Shown here piece after piece: positions 12,446-26,130 of a stretch of DNA of 64,000 nt; the stretch's first letter is position 1; the number at the start of each line of letters is the position of its first letter. Location of the stretch: the NCBI GenBank assembly GCA_951406725.2, contig OX597840.1, positions 6,386,001-6,450,000 on the forward strand, written 5' to 3'. The DNA comes from Octopus vulgaris. Its lineage: Eukaryota. Under the pieces are notes generated by a model. That model worked only from the letters and a program-made list of their open reading frames with translations, ran no database searches and was not told where the DNA came from. Made by a program: the position numbers and the translations under genes.

Positions 12446-12946
12446 CCGTAAATCCTCGAGTATAGTCCGCCCTTGAGTATAATACACAGGGGATTTTTAG
12501 GGGGATGTACCTCTGAAAAGCTTAAACCTTGTGTATAATACGCACCCTTTCTCTAACCGGCAGCACCTAATCGAACAAATGCTTCTGAGTATGCATAATA
12601 CAATAATAATGATGTTCTTAACTGTTATATGGGAATGTAAATATGTTTGCAAATTGTTTTTGTTACGTGTTATTCTGTGTGTCTGAATACTTTTATTTTA
12701 ATAAATGTTGCTTACTGCAAGTTATGGATGATTCTTTTATGACTTCATTGCTTTCAGGCTTAGCTTAAGGTATTTTCGTGCCCAACATCACAAAATGCGT
12801 CTGAATAAACATTGCCGGACAGCAAATGGAGACTCGGACATTGCTTAGAAAATATTTATCATTTTTAACTTTGTATATAATACACACTAGGGATTTTAAC
12901 CATTAAATTTTGGGAAAAAATGTGGATTATACTTGAGGATTTATGG
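12446..12946 (+). mobile_element. Tc1/pogo-like MITE
   Basis: TA|ccgtaaatcctcgagtata ... tatacttgaggatttatgg|TA. Confidence 0.85.
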
Positions 12947-12948
12947 TA

Positions 12949-15271
12949 CCTGCTTTCAGTTTTGCGTCACTTTTCTCTACACTAAATTTTCCTTTAAAGT
13001 ATTGGAAGCCACAACCATCATGTGCCATGGTTTTTATGAAGTTTTTTATGAGGCCAAGTTTGATGAGAAGGGGTGGAAGGAAGATCTTTTGCAGGTCTAC
13101 CAGTGGCATATGCTGCACATTGTACTGACCAACTATGCATTCATCTCTTTTAGGCCAATCTTTTACAGTGTAATGATTGCTGTCATCACAGCTGTTCCAA
13201 ACACACAAGAAGCACATGTTTTTGGTATAACCCAGCTGCTGTCCTTTAAATCACCACAAATATTTCACTTATGAACTGAGTAATTAACTCCTTGCAGAAT
13301 GAGTTTCATCGATTCATAAGTTTCTTCCATACCACCAACATGACCTACAGGAATGGAAGTTTTTCCATTACCATTATGTAACAACACAGCTTTGAGGCTA
13401 ATCTTACTCAAGTCTATAAACAACAATCTTCATTCATTAGCCACATGCTCATGTCTTAGTTTTTGCATGAGTGCATTAACATCAGTACTGAAACAAGAAT
13501 TATTTTCTTGCTTGTAAAAGTCAGATAAGCCTTCATGGTGAGAATGGAAAATGGAAATTTTCACACCCTGCTGTAGGAGATTCCGTTGTTTTAGTTTGGA
13601 TCCCAGAACTTCTGCCTTCTTCTTTGATAATGCCAGGTCTCATACTAAATTGTTCAAATCTTGATTGATCAAGTGTGGCTCATTTTCCTTAGAATCAGCT
13701 ATGTACTCTTCATCGATAGGAGAATCAGGAGATTCATCATGTGATGTATCAAGGTCTTCAAGGGAATCGTGTGAGAGAGGAACTGAGGGAGGGTTCTCGA
13801 AGTCATGTGGGACTGGCTTTAGAGCCAACTTACAATCTGCATATACAATTTTTGCTTTGGTTTGAGAAACCAAAAATATTAGTCATGCAAAAGTAACAGA
13901 GACATGATTGGCTGTGTGGTAAGTAGTTTGCTTACCAACCACATGGTTCCGGGTTCAGTCCCACTGCGTGGCACCTTGGGCAAGTGTCTTCTACTATTGC
14001 CTCGGGCAGACCAAAGCCTTGTGAGTGGATTTGGTAGACGGAAACTGAAAGAAGCCCGTCGTATATATGTATATATATATATGTGTGTGCGTGTAAGTTT
14101 GTGTGTCTGTGTTTGTCCCCCTAGCATTGCTTGACAACCGATGCTTGTGTGTTTATGTCCCCGTCACTTAGTGGTTCAGCAAAAGACTGATAGAATAAGT
14201 ACTGGGCTTACAAAGAATAAGTCCTGGGGTCGAGTTGCTCGACTAAAGGCAGTGCTCCAGCATGGCCGCAGTCAACTGACTGAAAAGAGTAAAAGAGTAA
14301 AAGAGAGTAAAGAGTATGATTGGTTGGTTCATGCCAAACTATTGGTACAGTAAAAGGCATTCCCTTCCGTTTTCTATTCAGGCAGTTTTTAATTTGGTGG
14401 CAATGTTCTTCCGCTGGTCGTGGGGAGCAAATTTTCCACAGACATAACAAACATTATCTGGGTGATTCACACAGCGTCTCCTATTCAAGATCAAACAAAA
14501 TGAACACAATTAAATCAGTAATGAGCAGAACGAGAGATATGCAAACCATGCGTGATGGCAGTGCAAACGACACAGTGAGTTATCAAGAGCAAACTGACAT
14601 GTTTGGTGCTTGCACACAATACGTCAGCACCATCATCATCATCATCGTCATCATTTAACGTCCGCTTTCCATGCTGGCATGGGTTGGACGATTTGACTGA
14701 GGTCTGGCAAACCAGATGGCTGCACCAGGCTCCAATCTGATCTGGCAGAGTTTCTACAACTGGATGCCCTTCCTAACACCAACCACTCCGAGAGTGTAGT
14801 TGGTGCTTTTACGTGCCCTGGCACGAGGGCCAGTCAGGCAGTACTGGCAACGGCCTCACTCAAATGGTGTTTTTTTACATGCCACCTGCATAGGAGTCAG
14901 TCCAGCGGCACTGGCAATGACCTCGCTTGAATGTTTTTTCACATGCCACCGGCACAAGTGCCAGTAAGGCGGCACTAGTAACGATCACTCTTGAATGGGG
15001 CTTTTTACGTGCCACCAGCACAGAAGCCAGTTAGCTGCTCTACTCTATTGCTAAACTAAATAATGAACTTTCTCATAGTTTGTTTTAATTGCTGTTTTAG
15101 TAAATTTTATAATATGGCTTATATCTAGCCAAAAGTATAGTTATAATCTTGTGCATAACTCAAAATCCTGACGTTCTAGAATAATTCTAAGGGCTGACTC
15201 AGAATCAACATTCTCGATTTAGTCTAAAACACATGCTTTTACTTCAGTAACAAAATCTTTGTTCTTTAGTG
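12949..15271 (-). mobile_element. Degenerate DNA transposon, probably Chapaev3-like; transposase pseudogene interrupted by SINEs
   Basis: Motifs MPFTVPIVWHEPTNH..CYFC and CFLCVWNS..HY..WP.R..LPPLLIKLGLIKNF; CAC terminus at 15271. Family name from recall. Confidence 0.7.
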
Positions 15272-15742
15272 TTATTGTTTGTTCCTTCTCGAGCCATGTC
15301 TGGCTCATAAGGGTCAGTTTCCTTGGTGTATAGGTTCCCCACCTGGACGGGACACTGGTCCATTGCAGGTGAGCTACAAGATGCAGGAGGAAAGAGTGAG
15401 AGAAAGTTGTGGTGAAAGAGTCAGCAGAAGTTCGCCATTACCTTCTGCTGGAGCTGTGTGGAGCTTAGGTGTTTTCGCTCATAAATACGCACATCACCCG
15501 GTCTGAGATTCGAACCCACGATCCCTCAACCACGAGTCCGCTGCTCTAACCACTTGACCATGTTCTTCCACCTTCAGTTTTATAGATGAATGTAAATAGA
15601 AAAAGCTTCTTTTCCCTCCATGATTTTCTGAGACATATATTTAGATAGCGGACAACAAAACAATAATTACTGTTTAGTTTATGTTTACAATGCACACTCC
15701 TAACATTTTGTTTTACAAATTTAGAAAGACTCTAAATATTTA

Positions 15743-16254
15743 CCATAAATCCTCGAGTATAATCCGCATTTTTTCCCCAAAATTTAAAGGTCCAAATCCC
15801 TAGTGCGTACTATATACGAGATTAAAAATGAAAATTATTTTCTAAGCAATGTCCGAGTCTCTATTTGCTGTCCAGCAATGTTTATTCAAACGCATTTTGT
15901 GAGGTCGGGCTCGAAAATACCTTAAGCTAAGCCTGAAAGCAATGAAGTCATAAAAGAATCATCCATAAGTTGCAGTAAGCAACATTTATTAAACGTTATT
16001 ACTGTTATTTCTTTATTTTCTGCAAACAAAATGCACGAAAAAGCTACACGTTTGCATTATGTTATATATACAATAATAATAAAGGACGTTACCATATACA
16101 TCTTTACAAACCAAGGACGTTAAATAGACCTCCTTGACTCAAGTTAGAGAAGGGGTGCGTATTATACACAAGGTTTAGGTTTTTCCTAGGTACATCCCCC
16201 TAAAAATCCCCTGCCTATTATACTCAAGGGCGGACTATACTCGAGGATTTAAGG
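15743..16254 (-). mobile_element. Second copy of the Tc1/pogo-like MITE, opposite orientation
   Basis: Same TIRs and TA flanks as 12446-12946; internal sequence reverse-complementary. Confidence 0.85.
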
Positions 16255-16398
16255 TATAGATTTTTGTTAATCCTTTATTAATTTAATCAAATTGCCTCTA
16301 GGATGAAAAGTATACATATGACACATTGAAGAATTTTATTAATTATTAACAATGAAAAAAACAATATATGATGCAAATAAATTGCCATTTTGTTGCAG

Positions 16399-16434
16399 GA
16401 CCAAGTGTATCTGGTGCAGCTGTTACTCCAGCAG
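16399..16434 (+). CDS. Microexon (36 nt, phase 1-1), encoding GPSVSGAAVTPA
   Basis: ttttgttgcag|GA CCA AGT GTA TCT GGT GCA GCT GTT ACT CCA GCA G|gtaagg; strong splice sites. Confidence 0.8.
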
Positions 16435-16479
16435 GTAAGGACAGTTCTACTGTTTGTTTAGTCTTATTATGAAAGTATT

Positions 16480-16962
16480 TCTTTTTCCTGCCTTTAACCC
16501 TCCAACATGGAGTATAGGCCACTTATAGTTGAATTCTATGTCGCATAATTTTTCGCTTCTGAACTTAAACTCTGCCATGAATGTCCCCCTTTCTCTAGTT
16601 CCTTTTGTATTGATCTACGCCACGGGTTCTTAGGCCTACCTTTCTTTCTATATCCAACCGGTTTCCACTTTAAAGCACTTTCCGCTACATTTGGTGTGTC
16701 TTTTCTAATTGTGCTACCATTCCACTTCCACTTTTTCTTAAATATTTGCTCCCTAATCGAAACTTGATTTGTTCTTTGCCATAGCTCCATATTGCTTATG
16801 TGTTCGGGCCAACTAATTTTAAGTATACTACGCAAGCATCTGTTGATGAATGATTGTATTTACTTATTTGACTTAACTGTTGTTTGTCATGTCTCAGCCC
16901 CATACAATAACACCGCTTTTACATTAGTGTTAAAAATTCTTATTTTGTTCTTTATTGAAATT
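16480..16962 (-). mobile_element. 5'-truncated RTE-like LINE 3' fragment
   Basis: RSILKISWPEHISNMELWQRT...RKKGRPKNPWRR; 15-bp TSD tattatgaaagtatt at 16465-16479 and 17128-17142. Confidence 0.8.
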
Positions 16963-17770
16963 ACACTCATAAACACACACATCACCCGGTCTGAGATTCG
17001 AACCTGTGATCCCTCAACCGTGAGTCCACTGCTCTAACCACTAGGCCATGTGCCTCCATCTTCAGTGTTATAGATGAGTGTAAATAGAAAAAGCTTCTTT
17101 TCCCTCCATAATTTTCTGATATTTAGATATTATGAAAGTATTACAGAATGCAATTTGTTATTCTATGAGAGAACTTTTAGCTTATCATCAAGTGATTTGA
17201 GATTATTTTTAATAACATATGAAGCTATTTCTCTTTGAAAATATTCAGCCCAGCTGGATACACTTGTCCTATAATGCCTATATAGAACGATAAACGATAA
17301 GCGTCGCCCTTTTCAAGCTTAACCAGGCTCATGGGCCCGGTTTCCCAGTTTCTTTGGCGTGTGTGTTCTCCCCCACCCAGCTAGATGGGATGCCAGTCCA
17401 TCGCAGCATTACTCAAGGAACAGGAAGAGAGAGTGAGAGAAAGTTGGGGTGAAAGAGCACAACAGGGGGCGCCACCACCCCCTGCCAGAGCCACGTGGAG
17501 CTTTTTGGTGTTTTCGCTCAATAAACACACACAACGCCTAGTCTGGGAATCGAAACCCCGATCTTCCAACTGCGAGTCCGCTGCCCTAACCACTGGGCCA
17601 TTGCGCCTCCCATAATGCCTATTTATGGAGTTGAAACTATACTGCAGCACAGAACAACTGAATTATTGTGGGAGGATAATGATAGCTGAGTAAATATATT
17701 TTTATATGAAATACCATTTATGAAATTATTTATCAATGGGAGAGGGGAATTGGAAATCTCTCTGTAATAG

Positions 17771-17818
17771 ATAACATGGACACCAACAAGAACTATACAC
17801 ATTGCTCAGAAACCACCA
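17771..17818 (+). CDS. Possible microexon (48 nt, phase 1-1), encoding DNMDTNKNYTHCSETT
   Basis: ctctctgtaatag|...ACC ACC A|gtaagt; strong donor, weaker acceptor, open in phase 1. Confidence 0.25.
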
Positions 17819-19350
17819 GTAAGTGTATTTGTTTTTACTCAATTAAAATGTTGTGTATAATGACTAACATCATCATCAGCATCATCATCATCGTTTAACG
17901 TCTGTTCTCCATGCTTGCATGGGTTGGACGGTTCGACGGTTCGACCGGGGTCTGGGAAGCCAGAAGGCTGCACCAGGCTCCGGTCTTATCTGGCAATGTT
18001 TCTACAGCTGGATGCCCTTCCTAATGCCAACCACTCCGTGAGTGTAGTGGGTGCTTTTTACGTGCCACCTGCACTGGTGCCAGGCGAGGCTGGCATCGGC
18101 CACGGTCGGATTGGTGCATTTTACGTGCCACCTGCATGGAAGCCAGTCGAGGCAGCACTGGCTTCGGCCACGATTCGGATGGTGCTTTTTACATGCCACC
18201 AACACATCATATAAAATATATCAACAATTAATTCATCCATAATAAATGTGTATGACTTTTAACTATATATACTCTTTACTCTTTACTCTTTTACTTGTTT
18301 CAGTCATTTGACTGCAGCCATGCTGGAGCACCGCCTTTAGTCGAGCACATCGGCCCCGGGACTTATTCTATGTAAGCCCAGTACTTATTCTATCGGTCTC
18401 TTTTGCTGAACCGCTAAGTGACGGGGACTTAAACATACCAGCATCGGTTGTCAAGCAATGCTAGGGGGACAAACACACACACGCATATATATATATATGC
18501 ATATATACGATGAGCTTCTTTCAGTTTCCGTCTACCAAATCCACTCACAAGGCATTGGTCGGCCCAAGGCTATAGTAGAAGACACTTGCCCATGGTGCCA
18601 CGCAGTGGGACTGAACCTGGAACCATGTGGTTAGTAAACAAGCTACTTATCACACAGCCACTCCTGCGCCTATATACTGATTATAATAACAATTTTTCAT
18701 GTATTACATGACTAGTGACCGAGACTTGACTAGTGACCGAGACCTGACTAGTGACTGAGACCTTTGGAAATATGCTGTGCGTGAGAAGACTCGGCAGGAC
18801 AAATGAGACCATAACCCATGGCCTTTACCTGGGATGTAGCCAGTCCATTTATGCATACCTTTCCTTCTTGGGACACAAAACTCTGCTTGCAAAGACCTGT
18901 TGAGGCAAGTGAAATCGAAATCGATCAAAAATCAATGGAAATTGCAGCTGTGATACCAGTGCCGGAGGGACATAAAAGAACCATCCGAACATGGCTGTTG
19001 CCAGCGCCACCCCGACTGGCCTCCGTGCCGGTGGCACGTAAAAAGAACCAACCGATCGTGGATGTTGCCAGCCCCGCCTGGCACCTGTGTCGGTGGCAAG
19101 TAAAAAGCACCCACTACACTCACGGAATGGTTGGCGTTAGGATGGGCATCCAGCTGTAGAAACACTGCCAGATCAGACTGGAGCCTGGTGCAGCCTCCTG
19201 GCTTCCCAGACCCCGGTCGAACCGTCGAACTGTCCAACCTATGCTAGCATGGAAAGCAGATGTTAAACGGAGATGATGATAATGATACAACATGGAAATT
19301 ATGAGGAAATCTTGGTTTATAGATGATTGTTTTTATTTTGTTCATGTTAG

Positions 19351-19389
19351 TATTTACTATGAAGACAAAGAGCTCAACATATCCTCAGG
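19351..19389 (+). CDS. Possible microexon (39 nt, phase 1-1), encoding xFTMKTKSSTYPQ
   Basis: ttttattttgttcatgttag|...CCT CAG G|gtactt; open frame, multiple of 3, weak donor. Confidence 0.25.
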
Positions 19390-19720
19390 GTACTTTGAAT
19401 TCTCTCATGAAGTTTTTAGAAACATTACATCTCAGCAACTTGTCTTTGTAACACCAATACCTTCTTCACCCATCTCACTATAGTATCTTTTCCTCAGTTG
19501 TTATTATTGCATGAAAGCAGGGCTACATATGTTCTCTTTTGTGCACATATCCCCTTTTATGCTACTAGTAATGCCTCCCCTTGGAACCATTTCCCTTGTC
19601 ACCCATCTTGAACTCTTCGCATCATTCTTTGCTATTATATGCCAGTGAATGCCACTTCCACCTAAACACACTGTCATTGTCTACCAACAATATCCACCAC
19701 CATTTTTTTTGTAACTCTCT

Positions 19721-20040
19721 ACATCCACCCTTGTATGACTACATCCACCCTTGTATGACTACATCCACCCTTGTATGACTACATCCACCCTTGAATGACT
19801 ACATCCACCCTTGTATGACTACATCCACCCTTGTATGACTACATCCACCCTTGTATGACTACATCCACCCTTGAATGACTACATCCACCCTTGTATGACT
19901 ACATCCACCCTTGTATGACTACATCCACCCTTGTATGACTACATCCACCCTCGTATGACTACATCCACCCTTGAATGACTACATCCACCCTTGTATGACT
20001 ACATCCACCCTTGAATGACTACATCCACCCTTGTATGACT
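19721..20040. repeat. 20-bp minisatellite x16 (acatccacccttgtatgact)
   Basis: Exact period. Confidence 0.97.
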
Positions 20041-20337
20041 TTGATCCCTGTCTCTATCATTGTGCGTCTTCTCTCCCTCACTGCACTCCACAGCATCTCC
20101 CTATTTTCCAACTATACTCTGTTTTACTCTCTTTTACTCTTTTCAGTCATTTGACTGTGGCCATGCTGGAGCACCGCCTTTAGCCAAGCAAATCGACCCC
20201 AGGACTTATTCTTTGGAAGCCTAGTACTTATTCTATCAGTCTCTTTTGCTGAACTGCTATGTTACGGGAACGTAAATACACCACCATCAGTTGTCAAGCG
20301 ATGTTGGAGGGACAAACACAGACACACAAATATATAC

Positions 20338-20398
<61 letters not shown>

Positions 20399-21351
20399 TA
20401 CGACGGGCTTCTTTCAGTTTCCGTCTACCAAATCCACTCACAAGGCTTTGGTCGGCCCGAGGCTATAGTAGAAGACACTTGCCCAAAGTGTCATGCAGTG
20501 GGAATGAACCTGGAACCATGTGGTTGATAAGGAAGCTACTTACCACACAGCCACTCCTACAGTTTTATTACATCATTGTTCTCCACCTCCCTTTTTATGT
20601 ATTACCACTTATCATCTCCTCCTCCCCTTTGACATATTCCCCTTTTCTTTACATTCCTTTAAACAGACACTCCCCATTGTCTATGCCTCCAACCAGATTT
20701 ATCATTCACTGCTTTTACTCTGTTCTCATCTCCACCATCTGCCATTCTCCTTTCACATTAGATGATTTTATTGCACTGAACTGTTACTCATTTTTACCAG
20801 CTGAGTGGACTGGAGCAATGTGAAATGAAGTGTTTTGCACAAGAACACAACATGTCGCCTGGTCCAGGAATCGAAACCACAATCTTATGATCATGGTGCT
20901 GACACCCTAACCACTAAGCCACGTGCCTCCACTAATATGATAGTAATATTACTAGTTTATTGAATGGCTTTCCTTTATGGTATTTGTTCTAACTCCAGGA
21001 TGATACTTTTCTTGTCTATGCAACAATTGATGACAACAGATTTTCTGCTGTGAAGAGTTTGAGACCAACACTACAGGAACTGAACTGTAAAAGTTATTTT
21101 CCTAAGGGGCCCTAGTTTTCATTTGTTGTACCTGTCATTTTATTTCTACTACTAATACCTTGCATGTTATTAACTCACTTTCCTCCCCCTACAAATCTTG
21201 TAATTATCAAAAAAATTCATTAATGTCTCTACTAATTACAACAGCGAACTGTACCTTACCATTGAGTCTACAAATTTAGCTGCTATTAAGATTTTACCTC
21301 ATGAATTTCAAATGTGACGTTTTAATAAATCCCTTTTAATTCTTGTTTTAG

Positions 21352-21614
21352 TTGAAAATTGCAGATTTATGGATGGAATGGCAAATGGGAAATTGATCCC
21401 AGATTCTGATATCTTCCTCCCCACTAAGGAATCTCCAGAAGCGCTACGGCCATCTGGAATAGGTTGGAAAATAAAGCCATTTGCTTCATCAAAACTTGAA
21501 GTTAAAATTGATAACAACATTTTGAAATATGGAGCAGTCGTTATTTTACGGGAGCATAAAAATGTAGCTACGTTTTCCATAAGTTTTCAGAAAGATCATT
21601 CAAATGTAATAAGG
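21352..21614 (+). CDS. Exon A1 (263 nt, phase 1-0): N-terminal part of discoidin/F5-8 type C-like domain copy 1 (VENCRFMDGMANGKLIPDSDI...EALRPSGIGW...HSNVIR)
   Basis: ttcttgttttag acceptor, AGG|gtaagt donor, open frame, duplicated at 27903-28165. Domain assignment inferred from the C..GM..G.IPDS.I...LR...GW pattern. Confidence 0.9.
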
Positions 21615-22964
21615 GTAAGTGACATAAATATTTACTTTTATATTAGTTTAACCCTTTAACATTCAGATTTTTTCTGTCAAACGTAATCCTTATTCTTTCA
21701 CATTGTTTAAAATTAATTATGCATTATCTTGTGGCTTTGAGATTTTGATGATGTGATTGTTTATTTTGAGAATGACACTGTAGTAACGGAAGGCATTCAA
21801 TTTGATGCTATACTGTGTTAGATATCTTTGTACTTGTTATGATGGGATATCTGAAATATCATCGTATATTTTAATTGAACACTGAATAATGAAATGAAAT
21901 TGTAGGGTAGGTGTGAGAAGCCAGATCTATTCTGGACAGATACTCTTTTACTTGTTTCAGTCATTTGACTGCGGCCATGCTGGAGCACCGCCTTTAGTCG
22001 AGCAAATCGACCCCGGGACTTATTCTTTGTAAGCCCAGTACTTATTCTATCGGTCTCTTTTACCGAACCGCTAAGTGACGGGGACGTAAACACACCAGCA
22101 TCGGTTGTCAAGCAATGCTAGGGGGACAAACACAGACACACAAACACACACATACATATATATATATATACATATACATATATACGACGGGCTTCTTTCA
22201 GTTTCCGTCTACCAAATCCACTCACAAGGCATTGGTCGGCCCGAGGCTATAAGTAGAAGACACTTGCCCAAGATGCCACGCAGTGGGACTGAATCCGGAA
22301 CCATGTGATTGGTAAGCAAGCTACTTACCACACAGCCACTCCTGCGCCAGTTTAAATGCTAAATTGTTAAATGGGGATAGGGACAAATGATGGTAAAGAG
22401 AAAAACTAAATTATTTTCAACAGCAGGAGTGGCTGTGTGGTAAGTAGCTTGCTAACCAACCACATGGTTCTGGGTTCAGTCCCACTGCGTGGCATCTTGG
22501 GCAAGTGTCTTCTGCTATAGCCCCGGGCCGACCAATGCCTTGTGAGTGGATTTGGTAGACGGAAACTGAAAGAAGCCTGTCGGATATATGTATATATATG
22601 TATGTGTGTGTTTGTATGTTTGTGTTTGTCCCCCTAGCATTGCTTGACAACCGATGCTGATGTGTTTATGTCTCCGTAACTTAGCGGTTCGGCAAAAGAG
22701 ACCGATAGAATAAGTACTGGGCTTACAAAGAATAAGTCCCGGGGTCGATTTGCTCAACTAAAGGCGGTGCTCCAGCATGGCCACAGTCAAATGACTGAAA
22801 CAAGTAAAGAGAGATTATCTCTTTTTTTTTTGTAACTTCTCACAGATTCTTTATATTTTTCTTTAAGAAAAAGTTCTATCAGACACAAGAGAGATTTTAA
22901 AAATGCAAATAACTCTCATATATTTGTTATTTATACTAAAAATTACAATTAGGTAACAATTACA

Positions 22965-23561
22965 ATTGTGTTGTCCAGAAAGTTCGTGCCAATTTACAGT
23001 AGCTTACCTTTCAACTTATTTTAGAACATGGTTGAGTCCATAAAATTGGATTTGACCACACCTGTAAAATTTCCTCAGTCTTGGTTTTACAAGAGGTGAA
23101 CATTTAAAGCCAACACCAACAAGTAAAGTTCAAATGCTATTGGATTGTCCGGAAAGTTTGTGCTGATTTATAGTTGCTTACCTTTCGACTTATTTTAGAA
23201 CATGGTTGAGTCCATAAAATAGGATTTGGCTACACCTCCATTTAGAGAGCACAGTTTAAGCTATCTTTTTGGGGAAGAAGGTTTATGTTCCTATAGCCTG
23301 TGTTAATTCTGTAACCCTTTAAAATGGAAGATAAGAATGTTCATTTTCGGCACTTGATGCTTTGGGAACCAGACAAAAATTGCTGCAGTTCGGCTGGGAT
23401 GTGTTACCCCACCCTCCATATTCACTAGATATTGCTAGATATATTCACTAAATATTACTAGATAATATCACTAGATATTCAGGTCTCTGCAGAATAGTCT
23501 TGATGGTAAAAATTTCAATTCCTTGGATGATGTAAAAAGATACCTTGATGAATTCTTTGCC
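22965..23561 (+). mobile_element. Internally deleted mariner with duplicated left end
   Basis: MEDKNVHFRHLMLW joined close to GWDVLPHPPYSLDIA and RSLQNSLDGKNFNSLDDVKRYLDEFFA; TIR-like ttg.ttgtcc.gaaagtt occurs twice. Confidence 0.8.
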
Positions 23562-23746
23562 ACATCTCAATCATTCTCTCTTCATTCTGTCAACCATTCT
23601 ATCTAGCATTTATTGTTGTAACGATGTCTGGTACCAAAAATATTTTTACAGCTACTTTCATTGTTCACCGTCTTCTGTACTGGCATATTTGTGTACACCA
23701 ATACATAAACAAAATTTTAGAAAGATTGAAGGATCAAACAAAAACA

Positions 23747-25207
23747 CTGTACTGGTGCCTTAGTGTATCAGTAAATAAGCATGTAATGATTTCTGGTACC
23801 AAAAAAAATATTACAGCAATTTTCATTGTTTACAATCTTCTGTACTGGTATATCTGTGTATCAGTAAATAACCATGGGTAAATATTTTGTAAAGGACCTC
23901 TTTGTATCTTGGTGTAGAATAATTGTTTTCCCTAGGTATTTTTTGAGCGTATTCAACGTATCTGACCTCCAAACCCACTGCAAACTACTTTTTTCTGAAA
24001 AAGAAAGGGGGAAGGGGGTCGAAAAATTATTTCACAGTGAAATATTAGTGGGTCCTTTATCAGAAATAGCTGTTACGTAGTAGTAGGGCGTGCAAGAAAT
24101 AGCAGCCAAATCTTCCTTTTCTGGGGAAAGGAGTCATTTGCACATGATTTCAATGTCACATTCATTGAAAGTATGTGAAATAACCTGGAAAAGAAAAACA
24201 AAAACCAATGAAACAAAACTCTGTTGGTGGGAAACTCCGAGATGGAAACCCTTTTCTTTTCCGGAAAAAAGTGGCTTGGAGGTCAGATATGTTGAATGCA
24301 CTCAAAAAAACTAGTGGAAAAATAATTATTTCACACCAAGGTATGAACGGGTCCTTTACGAAATATTTACTCCCGAATGAAACTGGGTCCTTCTGCTTGT
24401 AATCTCTATATGTATAAGTGGCAAAATGTCTGTGTGTGTGTCCTTTATACAAATCCACAATTTTTCAGTTCGAGGGCTCGCACTTTCTATGGTCATTTAA
24501 AACCGTCCAAGGGTGGTCGTGCACATCTTTGCATTTCTCCAGTCACCCCGCAAAGCCATTAAAAAATCAATAGAAGTGATTTTTGGTGAATTTTCTATCC
24601 AAAACCCAATCAAAATGTCCGAAACTTGATATGCCAATTGAATGCCAGCTAGCTGTATGTGATTGGGCGGAGATTTGGACAGTACTCGCATGTATGTGTG
24701 CATGCACGCAGCTGTATATGCATGCACTAGCACTGTGACCTGGCATTTTGTTTCATTGGTTTTTGTTTTTCTTTTCACATACTTTCAATGAATGTGACAT
24801 CGAAATCATGTGCAAATGGCTCCTTTCCCCAGAAAAGGGAAGATTTGGCTGCTATTTCTTGCACGCCCTACTACCACGTAACAGCTATTTCTGATAAAGG
24901 ACCCACTGATATTTCACTGTGAAATAATTTTTCGACCCCCTTCCCCCTTTCTTTTCCAGAAAAAAGTAGTTTGCGGTGGGTTTGGAGGTCAGATACGTTG
25001 AATACGCTCAAAAAGAACCTAGAGAAAACAATTATTCTACACCTAGATACAAAGAGGTCCTTTACAAAATATTTACCCATGGTTATTTACTGATACACAG
25101 ATATACCAGTACAGAAGATTGTAAACAATGAAAGTTGCTGTAATATTTTTTTTGGTACCAGAAATCGTTACATGCTTATTTACTGATAAACTAAGGCACC
25201 AGTACAG
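23747..25207. repeat. Long inverted duplication: arms ~23747-24218 and ~24746-25207, involving a TIR element and a Helitron fragment
   Basis: High reverse-complement identity; near-identical ORFs 23874(+) and 25080(-). Confidence 0.9.
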
Positions 25208-25329
25208 AGCTAGTTAGATATAATTCTTAAAAAGTAGGTTCCATAAAGATCTGCCACAATGTTTCATGCAATCCAAGAAATAGGTATGTGCAGACTTTAT
25301 AATGTATACATTGAAGAATATTGTTCTAT

Positions 25330-25730
25330 AGGCGCAGGAGTGGCTGTATGGTAAGCAGCTTGTTTACCAACCCCATGGTTCCGGGTTCAGTCCCACTGCG
25401 TGGCACCTTGGGCAAGTGTCTTCTACTATAGGCTCGGGCCGACCAAAGCCTTGTGAGTGGATTTGGTAGACGGAAACTGAAAGAAGCCTGTCGTATATAT
25501 GTATATATATATAAGTGTGTGTGAATATGTTTGTGTGTCTGTGTTTGTCCCCCTAGCATTGCTTGACAACCGATGCTGGTGTGTTTATGTCCCCGTCACT
25601 TAGCGGTTCGGCAAAAGAGACCGATAGAATAAGTACTGGGCTTACAAAGAATAAGTTCCGGGGTCGAGTTGCTCGATTAAAGGCGGTGCTCCAGCATGGC
25701 CGCAGTCAAAATGACTGAAACAAGTAAAAA
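25330..25730 (+). mobile_element. Full-length tRNA-derived SINE, family A. Other copies: ~725-870(-), 1742-1860(+), 8985-9350(-), 13905-14315(+), 18265-18675(-), 20115-20560(-), 21940-22350(-), 22422-22812(+), 47335-47660(-), 56733-57115(+), 59125-59295(-), 59357-59775(+), 61538-61682(+), 62061-62205(+)
   Basis: A box tggctgtgtgg, B box ggttcagtccc, internal (TA/TG)n, gagtaaaa tail. Confidence 0.92.
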
Positions 25731-26130
25731 GAAGAAAAAAAAAAGGAAAAAAAAAAAGAAAAGTATTTCTGAATAAAAAATGTCAGAGTCATTGCTAGAT
25801 AGCTTTGACCATGGTCCAATTGGACCTGTGCTGACCAAGGGCTAAACAAGTGAAACAGCTACAGACAAGAACGTTGAACCAATCAAATTGCTGGTGGGGT
25901 GAACCTTGTATTGCTTATACTGAGGTCTCTTCATTAAATGCAAGCTTTTTCTTTGTTTAGGAAAACAAACAGAATGAATTGGTTTGGTTCTAATTTATTT
26001 CTCTGGTGGATATTTTGTTGAACTTGACGAGGTATTCACAAAGTCTGAATACAAGACGAGACACTAAGTGTTTGCTTCACTCTGTAAAATGGTGTTCTCT
26101 TAATATCATGTTTGGTTCTTTTTGAAATAG

